Shown piece after piece: positions 43,809 to 52,794 of a stretch of 64,000 nucleotides of DNA. The notes below the pieces were generated by a model that searched no databases, was not told where the DNA came from, and saw only the letters and a program-made list of their open reading frames with translations. The stretch spans positions 1,152,001 to 1,216,000 of the forward strand of contig OY762069.1 of NCBI GenBank assembly GCA_963665095.1, in the 5' to 3' direction. The position numbers and the translations under genes are program-made. The DNA comes from an uncultured Desulfobacter sp. (GTDB taxonomy: Bacteria > Desulfobacterota > Desulfobacteria > Desulfobacterales > Desulfobacteraceae). The first letter of the stretch is position 1. Each line of letters opens with the position of its first letter.

Positions 43809-45152
43809 ATGAATAATGAGACCTGCGTAAATGCGCTGACCAATGACACCACAAAAATTATTCTGGACTCCATTTCAGACGGTGTATTTACCATTGATTA
43901 TAACTGGGAAATCACCTCTTTTAACAGAGCGGCCGAAGAGATCACCGGTATCAGCCGAAGGGATGCCATAGGCCGTCACTGCTGGGATGTTTTTCGCTCC
44001 AACATGTGTGAACAGGGATGTGCCCTGAAAAAAACCATGGAAGAGGGAAAACCCTTTGTGTCCAGTTCAGGCTATATCATCAACAACCATCAGAAAAAGA
44101 TTCCCATCACCGCATCCACCTCCCTGCTCATAGATAAAGACGAAAATGTGCTGGGCGGGGTTGAAATTTTCCGGGACCATTCTGTGGAGGAAGCCCTTCG
44201 AAAAGAAATTTCCGGAGGCGTTCAGGTCGGAGATATGGTGAGTAACTCCAGCGCCATGAAAAATATTTTCAACATCCTTCCCCAAATTTCCGAAAGCGAT
44301 TCATCTGTCCTGATTGAAGGGGAGACCGGTACGGGAAAAGAACTGATGGCAAAGGCCATCCACAACACTAGTTTTAGAAAGGACCACCCGTTTATTGCCG
44401 TCAACTGCGGGGCATTACCTGACACATTGCTGGAATCGGAACTATTCGGATATAAAAAAGGCGCCTTTACCCATGCTGTGAAAGATAAGCCAGGACATTT
44501 TGCCCTGGCCGAAAAGGGCACCATCTTTCTGGATGAAATTGCCGATACCAGCCCTGCATTCCAGGTCAGACTGCTCAGGGTGCTTCAGGAACATGAGTAT
44601 ACCCCTTTAGGGGGCATTGCCAAAGAGCGGGCCAATGTAAGAATCATTGCTGCGACCAATAAAAATCTGACAACCATGGTGGAAAGCAATGAGTTTCGTC
44701 AGGACCTTTATTACCGCATCAATGTCATCCGAATATCCCTGCCCCCTTTACGTCAGCGCATGGAAGACATTCCATACCTGGTGGATACCTTTATTTCCAG
44801 GCTGAATCTGCGCCAGAACAAACAGATTCAGGATGTGGCACCCAATGTGCTTGCCGCATTTATGGCACATGATTTTCCGGGCAACATCAGGGAGCTTGAA
44901 AATATTATAGAACATGCATTTGTGCTGTGCAGCAAGGGTGTCATTACCTTGGAACATCTGCCCCCGGCATTCGCCGCAGCAGCCGGCACCAGCCCTGATG
45001 CTGACACAGACCCGGTCACTGCTGCCCAGATTAAAATGATCACCGATGCCCTGAATCGAAACAACAATAACAGAAATGCCGCTGCCAGGGACTTAGGCAT
45101 ACATAAGAGCACCTTGTTCAGGCGGATAAAAAAGCTTGGACTCCAGCTGTAA
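43809..45152 (+). CDS. PAS-domain sigma54-dependent Fis-family activator (OrpR-like)
   Basis: PAS domain with CX8CX3C (CWDVFRSNMCEQGC), GETGTGKE, ESELFG..KGAFT, PGNIREL, C-terminal HTH. Confidence 0.9.
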   Translation: MNNETCVNALTNDTTKIILDSISDGVFTIDYNWEITSFNRAAEEITGISRRDAIGRHCWDVFRSNMCEQGCALKKTMEEGKPFVSSSGYIINNHQKKIPITASTSLLIDKDENVLGGVEIFRDHSVEEALRKEISGGVQVGDMVSNSSAMKNIFNILPQISESDSSVLIEGETGTGKELMAKAIHNTSFRKDHPFIAVNCGALPDTLLESELFGYKKGAFTHAVKDKPGHFALAEKGTIFLDEIADTSPAFQVRLLRVLQEHEYTPLGGIAKERANVRIIAATNKNLTTMVESNEFRQDLYYRINVIRISLPPLRQRMEDIPYLVDTFISRLNLRQNKQIQDVAPNVLAAFMAHDFPGNIRELENIIEHAFVLCSKGVITLEHLPPAFAAAAGTSPDADTDPVTAAQIKMITDALNRNNNNRNAAARDLGIHKSTLFRRIKKLGLQL

Positions 45153-45186
45153 TACAATTACTCATGCAACTCCAGTACACGAAGAG

Positions 45187-45313
45187 GTCTCATTTTTGCA
45201 ACAACCCAAAGCAGACAAAACCGGCCCGGACACCTGTGCTTCAGGCAGACGATCATCCCAGAAAGGCTTTTCAGCCACGGAATTTAAATGTCTGTGCCGG
45301 CACAGGCCTTGCA
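45187..45313 (+). promoter_or_regulatory. Activator site plus sigma54 promoter
   Basis: GTCTCA-tttt-TGCAAC (45187-45202), about 100 bp upstream of CGGCACAGGCCTTGCA (GG 45299-45300, N10, GC 45311-45312). Confidence 0.75.
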
Positions 45314-45412
45314 TTTTGTTCATTAAAACCATTATGGAAAGGAACTGTTATCTATTAACAAGCTTGAAAAACCAGGCAAAGCAGGTATTAACAGTTTCAG
45401 GAGGAGACGATC

Positions 45413-45772
45413 ATGAAAATTGCGATCACTACATGGGGCAATCGGGTTTCTCCGGTATTTGATGCGGCCAGAACCCTATTAATAGCAAATATTGAGAATA
45501 ACGGTGTTGATAATAGAAAATATGAATCCTTTCAGCCAGATGACATTCCTGGCCTTGCAGCACTTTTAAACCGGGAACAAGTGACAACCCTTGTCTGCGG
45601 TGCCATCTCTGAAAATCCTGCTGACAGAATTGTTGAAAATAAAATCCGCCTGTTTTCTTTTGTGACCGGAAACACCATGGATGTTCTTAACTGCCTGGCC
45701 CGGAACAATGGCATTGAACCGGATTTTATGATGCCCGGATGCAGAGAAGTTCAGGACAACACTCTGTCCTGA
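45413..45772 (+). CDS. NifB/NifX-family (FeMo-cofactor-binding-like) protein
   Basis: MKIAIT...RVSPVFDAA, LVCGAIS, FVTG, MPGC. Confidence 0.85.
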   Translation: MKIAITTWGNRVSPVFDAARTLLIANIENNGVDNRKYESFQPDDIPGLAALLNREQVTTLVCGAISENPADRIVENKIRLFSFVTGNTMDVLNCLARNNGIEPDFMMPGCREVQDNTLS

Positions 45773-45825
45773 GCCTCCTTCCGGGTTACAAAAAAGGCAT
45801 ATTTCCACAAACCACCCGCCACCAT

Positions 45826-46698
45826 TTATTTCCTGCGCATCATACCCATATATATGGCAACCAGCACCACCCCTACCCCTGTCCACCCCATAAAACCGGT
45901 CTCGCGGTTAAAAAATATCACATCCCAGACAAAGGATAATGCGGGCTGAAGCAGCAGAATCAGACCGGCTCTGGACGTGTCCACCCGGGGGAGATAATGG
46001 GAAATAATGACCCAGGCCAGCCCCTGGGATAAAAGCCCTAAACCTGCCAGAGATAAAAAAGAGGCAAGGGTTGGAATGACAAAACTGTGACCGGTCACAA
46101 GGGCTACTGCCCCCACAACACCTGAGCAGACCCCAGTCATAACCACCTGGTACAGGAACATCGGCCCCTCTTTGCTTGTGTTTACGTACCGCATCAATAG
46201 AAGAAAACCACTATAGCTTAAAGCAGTAACCACCCCCAGACCCAGGCCGATCAGATATTGGGGCGTTAACCGGGCCTTATCCAGACCAATAATCATATAC
46301 AAACCACACATGGCCAGAACCAGAGCCATAACGTAGGTGATGCCAAGTTTTTCCCTGAACAGCAGGGCGCCTGCCAAGGCCAGAATAAATACCTGCATAT
46401 TTCCCAGAATGGTGGCAAGCCCGGGCCCTACATATTCAATGCAAAAATGCCAGCTGATCAGATCTGCGGCAAAAAAAAGGCCACAGCCGGCTGCCAAGAG
46501 GCAGGGTCGCAAGGTTGCCTGGTTAAATTCTTTTCTGATACCACAGGGCACAGCCACGAAAAGACATCCGAAAAAAACACGGTAAAAAGCGGATATCATG
46601 GGGTTCACCTGGGACAGCATCACAAAAACACTTGAGAAACTGATGATCACAGCTCCCAGGAAAATACCGGATGCCGGGCGGGTACAGCGTATATTCAT
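45826..46698 (-). CDS. DMT/EamA family transporter
   Basis: Hydrophobic; SAFYR, DLISWH, GPGLATILGN.Q, LLLQP. Confidence 0.88.
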   Translation of the reverse strand: MNIRCTRPASGIFLGAVIISFSSVFVMLSQVNPMISAFYRVFFGCLFVAVPCGIRKEFNQATLRPCLLAAGCGLFFAADLISWHFCIEYVGPGLATILGNMQVFILALAGALLFREKLGITYVMALVLAMCGLYMIIGLDKARLTPQYLIGLGLGVVTALSYSGFLLLMRYVNTSKEGPMFLYQVVMTGVCSGVVGAVALVTGHSFVIPTLASFLSLAGLGLLSQGLAWVIISHYLPRVDTSRAGLILLLQPALSFVWDVIFFNRETGFMGWTGVGVVLVAIYMGMMRRK

Positions 46699-46880
46699 GA
46701 AAATTTAATCTCCTTTATGGTATCACAGGCTAATAGAGTGTGGACATGTCCAGGTCAAGAAAAAAAACTCTTTTTCCAAAGTCATTTACACATGCAGCTG
46801 TTTGGGGTATGGGAAAAATCAGTTCCACAGGATATGAATCAGGTAATAAAAAAAACAAAAGCCCGTAACAAGGACAAGGT

Positions 46881-47453
46881 ATGCTCGCAGATCTGATTAA
46901 AAAACACCGGGAATTGCACACACGAAACATCAGCCTGACCACAGTCCCCCACGACAATGACTTTGTTGTTGTGCATGGTGAGCTTAGGGATGAACGTTAT
47001 GTTCCAATCATTGACATTTTTGGGGCGGAGATACCACCCGGCACGATTCACCATATTACAGCCACCCTTTTAATAGCCCAGAATCCATTGCGGATCATCC
47101 AGGCAGAAGCAGCTATGCCCATTGTACCCACGGGTCTTTGCCCCGGCACATTAGAGCATGTGTCCGGCCTTACCGGCCTTAACATTGCCCATGGTTTCTC
47201 CCAGAAGATAAGATCTATTATCGGGGGCAGTGACGGATGTGCCCATCTATGCACACTGCTCACCACCATGGGCACCGAAATTGTCCATGGGGCAATGACC
47301 TGGAAACGACATCTTGACAAAATTCAGGAACACCTGGCTCCGCTGCCTCAGGAAAGCCCGGACCTGCTTGTGGATTCCTGCCGGATTTGGAAAAAAGATG
47401 GTTCAAGGCATAAAGCCCTGCTTGAAGCCATGGAAAAACGCGGCGTATCCTGA
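46881..47453 (+). CDS. DUF2889-family protein
   Basis: HTRNI, GELRD, IHH, CP, GF...GG..GCAHL, DSC. Confidence 0.75.
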   Translation: MLADLIKKHRELHTRNISLTTVPHDNDFVVVHGELRDERYVPIIDIFGAEIPPGTIHHITATLLIAQNPLRIIQAEAAMPIVPTGLCPGTLEHVSGLTGLNIAHGFSQKIRSIIGGSDGCAHLCTLLTTMGTEIVHGAMTWKRHLDKIQEHLAPLPQESPDLLVDSCRIWKKDGSRHKALLEAMEKRGVS

Positions 47454-47506
47454 CACTGCCGGTTCGGACAGTTTAAGAGTTCAAAATGCACAGGGTTGCC
47501 ATTCAA

Positions 47507-47812
47507 TCAGGGTATCCATAAATATCTGTCCAGATCAATACAGCCGGATCCAGACAAATAAACCCCTTCAGATTCAAGCATTGCCCTTTGCAGTTCATAC
47601 CCTCTGCCCTCGGGCAGACTGATACGTCCGGAGGCACTGACCACCCGGTGCCAGGGCAGTTCATATTTTTCCGACATGGCGTGCAGAACGCGTGCAACCT
47701 GACGGGCGGCCTGCGGATTCCCGGCCAGGGCTGCCACCCTGCCGTAAGAAAGGATCTTTCCCGGCGGGATCGTCTGAATCACATCAATAATTTGCTGGGT
47801 AAAAGCATGCAT
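47507..47812 (-). CDS. Alkyltransferase-like (ATL/YbaZ-type) MGMT-family protein
   Basis: IPPGKILSYG.VA..AG.P.AARQV; PWHRV has W in place of the catalytic Cys. Confidence 0.9.
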   Translation of the reverse strand: MHAFTQQIIDVIQTIPPGKILSYGRVAALAGNPQAARQVARVLHAMSEKYELPWHRVVSASGRISLPEGRGYELQRAMLESEGVYLSGSGCIDLDRYLWIP

Positions 47813-47923
47813 AATAACTTGACACTTTGCCATGAACCTGTTGAGATTTCAACTATCCGGTTGGTTCTACCTGTATTGTCCAAACCTGCCGCAGGTGCTT
47901 GATATGTAAAAAACGGTGCGTTA

Positions 47924-49909
47924 TTGGTGATAAAAAATAAAATTATAAGTTATTTGTTTTATTTCAGTCGGTTCTTTACCGGGAATAATAGAAACGATGG
48001 ACATGGCTCTATTTTTTTTTCTCCCGGCATCCTGATGGTGTTAGTCTGCGTATTAAGCCTGCTTCCTGCCAGTGGCAGGACAGCAAATCCGCCGGCAGCG
48101 GTGAAAGGCAAAATGGACCTGACACAATGGAATTTCAGTACCCAGGGCAATGTCCGTTTAAAGGGAGAGTGGGAGTTCTACTGGCATCAACTGCTTACCC
48201 CCGATAATTTCAAAAAAATAAGTACACCGACAGATACGCGCTTCATACAAGTTCCCCGATTCTGGAATGGCATGGTGGTGGATGGGAATCCATTGACAGG
48301 TCAGGGATATGCGACACTCAGGCTTTGCGTGAATATCAGTCCGGGAACAAAAAAACTGGCGATCCGTCTTGAAGACCAGGCTACTGCCTACCGGTTGTGG
48401 ATAAATGGCCAGTGCATGCCCGGAAACGGGGTCGTGGCCAAAGGCCCTGAAACATCCAGGCCCCAGTACCTGTTACACCTTTCCAGCATTCATATCCCCT
48501 CAAACACGATTGAAATTATTTTGCAGGTCTCCAACTACGCTTTGAACCTGGGCGGCCCATACCGAGCCATTTTGCTGGGGAGTGAAGAAAAAATCCAGCG
48601 CTACCAGAACCTGTTGTGGGCATTTGATCTGATTCCTTTAGGTATGCTGCTTTCCATTGGACTGTATCATATGGCATTTTTCCTTTTGCGGAAAAAAGAG
48701 CGGTATCTGTTTTATTTTGGATCCACCTGCCTGCTGCTTGCCATCCGGATTTTCTTCTGGGGAACCCGGGGAAAATTCATCACCGTCATGTTTCCCCTTA
48801 TTCCATGGGAAATAGCACATAAATGCGACCTGCTGACCTGGTATCCGGTGGTCCCGCTGCTGCTGATGTTTTTTGCCGAACTTTTTCCTGAAGAAAGAAC
48901 GGTTAAAGCGCTTCGTTTTACCCAGGTCACCGCGGTTCTTGCCATTCTGACAGTGATAATTTTCCCGGCCAGAATTTCAAACCTCACCCTGGTACCCTAT
49001 GAAATTTTTGCCATACTCAATATTGCCTTTGTACTGCATATTTTAATTCCTGCCGTCATGAATAAAAGGAAGGACGCCCTTCTTTTTCTATCAGGCGTAT
49101 TGATCTTTTTTGCCAGTGCAATCAACGAAATTCTTGCATTGAAACTGAATAAGAAAAATAAAGCTCTGTCACGCTCCATCCAGCGTCTCCGGTACTCCTA
49201 CCGTGCCCTTAAAGATAATATCATCCTGAAAGCTGCCCTGGAAACCCAGAAGCAGCGGGAAGAAAAAGTCCGCCTGAAAGTGGAAAAGGAAGCCCTGGAA
49301 AAATTTCGCTATCAATTAAATCCCCATTTTCTGTTCAATGCCCTGGCATCCATCCGCGGTGCCGTAAGTGTGGATGCAGACGTGGCAAGGGATATGGTGA
49401 CCCGCCTGTCCGAATATTGCCGTTTGACACTGGACCAGGGCAAAAAAGAGTCCGTAACCATCCGTGAAAGCATTGAGATCAATAAATTGTACCTGGAAAT
49501 GGAGGGGCTTCGCCTGGGGGATTATTTAACGGTTTCCATCAGCGCCCCCTCCGATATCCTGAACAGGAAAATTCCCACCAACCTGCTCCAGCCTTTGGTG
49601 GAAAATGCAGTTAAATACGGCCGCCTGACCTCCCCGGATGCGCTTTCGGTCCGGGTTATTTTTAAAGATGGTTCAAAGGGCCGGATTCTTTTGGAAGTGG
49701 CAAACACAGGGGCCTGGATGGACCCGGACAGTCCAGATCATCCGGATACCACCGGGATCGGACTTGAAAATATACAGCAGCAGCTGAGCCGGCTCTATCC
49801 GGACGACCATTGTTTCTCCACCCGGGAAGAGAACGGCTGGGTCAAGGTATTTATAGGGATGCCCACAAGCATGGCATCTGTTTTTCAGCAGCGGAAGGAA
49901 GGGGTATGA
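47924..49909 (+). CDS. 7TM-DISM LytS-type sensor histidine kinase
   Basis: LKGEWEFYW, GYATLRL, multiple TMs, QLNPHFLFNAL, LQPLVENAVKYG, TGIGLEN; start uncertain. Confidence 0.88.
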   Translation: MVIKNKIISYLFYFSRFFTGNNRNDGHGSIFFSPGILMVLVCVLSLLPASGRTANPPAAVKGKMDLTQWNFSTQGNVRLKGEWEFYWHQLLTPDNFKKISTPTDTRFIQVPRFWNGMVVDGNPLTGQGYATLRLCVNISPGTKKLAIRLEDQATAYRLWINGQCMPGNGVVAKGPETSRPQYLLHLSSIHIPSNTIEIILQVSNYALNLGGPYRAILLGSEEKIQRYQNLLWAFDLIPLGMLLSIGLYHMAFFLLRKKERYLFYFGSTCLLLAIRIFFWGTRGKFITVMFPLIPWEIAHKCDLLTWYPVVPLLLMFFAELFPEERTVKALRFTQVTAVLAILTVIIFPARISNLTLVPYEIFAILNIAFVLHILIPAVMNKRKDALLFLSGVLIFFASAINEILALKLNKKNKALSRSIQRLRYSYRALKDNIILKAALETQKQREEKVRLKVEKEALEKFRYQLNPHFLFNALASIRGAVSVDADVARDMVTRLSEYCRLTLDQGKKESVTIRESIEINKLYLEMEGLRLGDYLTVSISAPSDILNRKIPTNLLQPLVENAVKYGRLTSPDALSVRVIFKDGSKGRILLEVANTGAWMDPDSPDHPDTTGIGLENIQQQLSRLYPDDHCFSTREENGWVKVFIGMPTSMASVFQQRKEGV

Positions 49910-50679
49910 AAGCTGTAATTATTGATGATGAGCGCTTTGTCCGGGAAGATTTAAAAAGAATGCTTGATAAACATCCTGATATCGAAATCATTGGGGAGGC
50001 AGGCACAGTACCAGCGGCTCGAACCCTTCTTAAAGCATCTGAACCTGACGTTGTTTTTCTGGATATCCAGCTTGTTGGCGGTTCCGGATTTGACCTTGTT
50101 GAGGTAATTCCCCTTTATTCAAACATCATATTTTTTACGGCCCACGATGAATTCGCGGTCCGGGCATTTGACGTCAATGCGCTGGACTATCTTTTAAAGC
50201 CCGTTGATGAAACAAGGCTTAGCACCGCCATTGACCGTTTGAGGCGCACCGGGATAAAATAGCCCATTAGACCTGCTGCAAAAAAAGCCTTTCTGGAAAA
50301 AGACAAAATTCTGATCCAGTCTGACAGGCAACAGCGTTTTATTCATGTCAGGGATATTATGGTGGTGGTATCCATTGGAGGGAATTATACCAGGGTGCAT
50401 TTGACTGACAACAGCAGGCCGACTGTGCGCAGGACAATGAAAGAGTGGGCTGACATGTTACCCGGAGACCTGTTTTTTCAAATCCATCGATCCAGCATCA
50501 TTAATCTTAATTTTCTTGAATCTGTCGACCAGAATGACGGCAAGACCATGAAAGTCCGGATGATCGGTATGAAAAAAGCCCTTCTGGTAAGCCGACGGTC
50601 CTCCCCGAGTTTAAAAAAATGTATAAATAAAATAAACGGGAAAAATAATCCCGGCATTTTCCGCCGGATACCGATGTAA
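49906..50679 (+). pseudogene. LytTR response regulator interrupted by one in-frame TAG
   Basis: Receiver domain (IIDDE, FLDIQ, FTAH, DYLLKP) and LytTR domain (GNYT, FFQIHRSSIIN, VSRR) share a frame; TAG at 50260-50262 lies in the linker. Confidence 0.85.
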
Positions 50680-50695
50680 TATGGATTCAGTTTTT
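50623..50695 (+). repeat. 73-bp direct repeat, copy 1
   Basis: Ungapped 63/73 match (manual count) to 52403-52475. Confidence 0.9.
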
Positions 50696-50749
50696 TATTC
50701 TTTCATCATGATACATGGGGTATCCGATCAAAAGGATACTGATTCAGAC

Positions 50750-51970
50750 TCATTCCAATGCGGCCTGCTCAATTATTTGAATTGTGTTTGCCAGTGATTG
50801 TTCGGTTTGAATGGAACGTGAAACTGCTTTCGTCCTCATTTGTATATCAGCGTTAGATAAACAAAAAGTTAGAGCTTGAATTAGGGTTTTGGGACTTATT
50901 CTGGATCGCCAAATAGGCTTTGCTCCCAATCCTGATATAAAAATTCTATGTCCGTGATAATACTGGTCCAAGATATGTGGGACTATAATCTGGGGCCTTC
51001 CGGACCGTGTTGCAGCTGCTGTTGTTCCAGCACCACCATGATGAATGATTGCCGCTGTTCGGGGAAACAGGTATTCATGGGGATAATTTTTTATAAAAAA
51101 TACATCTTTTGAATATGATACATCATTTGATTCCGGCCAAAGTTGTGAAATGATGAATCTTTTGTCTAAGAGTCTGGCTACTTTGACAAAAAGGGGGATA
51201 TGCCTGGCCTGATCCTTTGGTGGCATACTGCCGAATCCGGCATAAATTGGAGGAGAATCCGAAATCAGGAAATCTTCAAGTTCAGGATAATCAGGTTTGG
51301 GCATATGAAGGTGCATATACCCGGTCTGGATAGGTTTCAGGGGAACATCAGCCGGGATTTCAGCAACCTGGGGATCACAGGCAACAATAGGATTGTGTCC
51401 CAGTACATGAAGCCACAAGTTACTTAAAGGTTTTAATTTAAATTGTTTCCGGTATCGATTTACAAGGCGTTCTGTATTAAAACGATCACCCAATGAGGCC
51501 AGTTGCCATGATAGACGGTTGCACCACCCAGGCAAAGTCTGGGTTTTGAAAACTGGAAACGGATGAAAGGAAGAAGGAAATAATTGCGGTGTAAATGCTA
51601 CATACCGATATTGAAGATCCAAGGCCTCTGCAATCGAGGAAAGCGCAAACATCAAAGAAGAGCCAACTACCAGATCTGCTCCTTTTATTATATCAGGCAG
51701 CATTTCGAACTGGGTACGGATTTCATTGCGCACATAATTTACAAATTTTACCGCGCTGGGGATACTGAGCGCAGTATCAATGGAATCCAGAAATTGGGTG
51801 ACATCGCAACCAAGCCCCTGATAAGGGCAACCTAGTTCCTTTGCCCATTCCATTCTTTCTGGAGGCCCGACAAGTAAAACCTCGTGGCCTTTTTTTCTTA
51901 ATCCAAGTGTCAGGGCGACCATTGGCTGAACATCCCCCCGAGTCCCTGAAGTACCAAGTACGATTTTCAT
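50750..51970 (-). CDS. GT-B glycosyltransferase (GT1, sterol/GtfB-like)
   Basis: GTRGDVQP, YAGFGSM, HHGGAGTT, PHILDQ. Confidence 0.9.
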   Translation of the reverse strand: MKIVLGTSGTRGDVQPMVALTLGLRKKGHEVLLVGPPERMEWAKELGCPYQGLGCDVTQFLDSIDTALSIPSAVKFVNYVRNEIRTQFEMLPDIIKGADLVVGSSLMFALSSIAEALDLQYRYVAFTPQLFPSSFHPFPVFKTQTLPGWCNRLSWQLASLGDRFNTERLVNRYRKQFKLKPLSNLWLHVLGHNPIVACDPQVAEIPADVPLKPIQTGYMHLHMPKPDYPELEDFLISDSPPIYAGFGSMPPKDQARHIPLFVKVARLLDKRFIISQLWPESNDVSYSKDVFFIKNYPHEYLFPRTAAIIHHGGAGTTAAATRSGRPQIIVPHILDQYYHGHRIFISGLGAKPIWRSRISPKTLIQALTFCLSNADIQMRTKAVSRSIQTEQSLANTIQIIEQAALE

Positions 51971-52026
51971 TTTTATTATTTTATAGGGTTATAATTTGCT
52001 GTTTTTTGGAGCATATCCTTGTAACC

Positions 52027-52252
52027 ATGATGGTTGAAATATATGCCGACCGGGTGGAGATCTCAAGCCCGGGCCTTCCCATTATTCCTGTTGAACGGTT
52101 TATTGACGGGTATCAGTCGCGTAACGGGCAGCTTGCAGACCTGATGTGGCGCTTTGGGATTTGTGAAAAAAAATTCCGGGATTGACCGTGTCATTGAAAG
52201 AGCAGATCTGCTTCAACTGCCGGCACCTGATTTTTTAAGTGAATACAAATAA
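52027..52252 (+). pseudogene. Internal remnant of an AlbA_2/HATPase_c_4 (RecG C-terminal-like) ATP-binding protein
   Basis: VEIYADRVEISSPG...SRN..LADLM.RFGICE, then a frameshift in an A-run to GIDRVI...QLPAPDF; both ends missing. Confidence 0.7.
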
Positions 52253-52357
52253 TGGGCACTGATATGGATAACATATTGATTTTAAGTGTTTTTAAAAAAT
52301 AGCCGACGAGTACAGCCAGCCGCCCTATAATATGGATGTCGGTATCCCGGAACAGTC

Positions 52358-52400
52358 CAGCGTAGAAACCCTGGTCCTCAGGACCAGGGTTTCTACGCTG
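52358..52400. repeat. Perfect 43-bp palindrome (REP-like, GTAG type)
   Basis: CAGCGTAGAAACCCTGGTCCT-C-AGGACCAGGGTTTCTACGCTG, 21-bp arms. Confidence 0.85.
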
Positions 52401-52402
52401 AA

Positions 52403-52475
52403 ATAAAGAAAATACACGGAATAAATAATCCTGGCATTTTCCACCGGGTACCGATGTAACATGGGTTAAGTTTTT
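52403..52475 (+). repeat. 73-bp direct repeat, copy 2
   Basis: Ungapped 63/73 match (manual count) to 50623-50695. Confidence 0.9.
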
Positions 52476-52594
52476 ATGTTTTTAGAGAGAGTTAAAAAGC
52501 ACTTTTCTGTCAGTTCAGTCCTGAACCCGACACCCTGTATGAACAATATCTTTTCTGGTGCCAGGCAATCATACCCGGCATGCCCACCGGCTAT

Positions 52595-52739
52595 TTACTC
52601 CTGGCCTGAAAAAAAACGGACAGTGTTGTCAACCAGCATGGTGTTGATTTGTTCATCTGTTATGGCCACTTTTTTAACTCAGGTACAATATCTTTTCAAT
52701 TTTTTTGGCCGTTGGCGGGATTTCCGGTAAGGTAGGTTT
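52595..52739 (-). pseudogene. Degraded C-terminal remnant resembling a phosphotriesterase-related protein
   Basis: Across frameshifts reads KDIVPELKK/ITDEQINTMLVDNTVRFFSGQE*, similar to the PTE-family C-terminal helix pattern (recognition from memory). Confidence 0.45.
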
Positions 52740-52794
52740 AAAATCAGCTTAAAATCAGAATTTTTAAATTTGTTTCAAGGCAGATTAATACCGT

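Noticed and set aside
50623..52475. Integron cassette or CRISPR interpretation of the repeats
   Set aside because: Only two repeat copies 1.8 kb apart, no attC box structure, and no intI or cas genes in the window.
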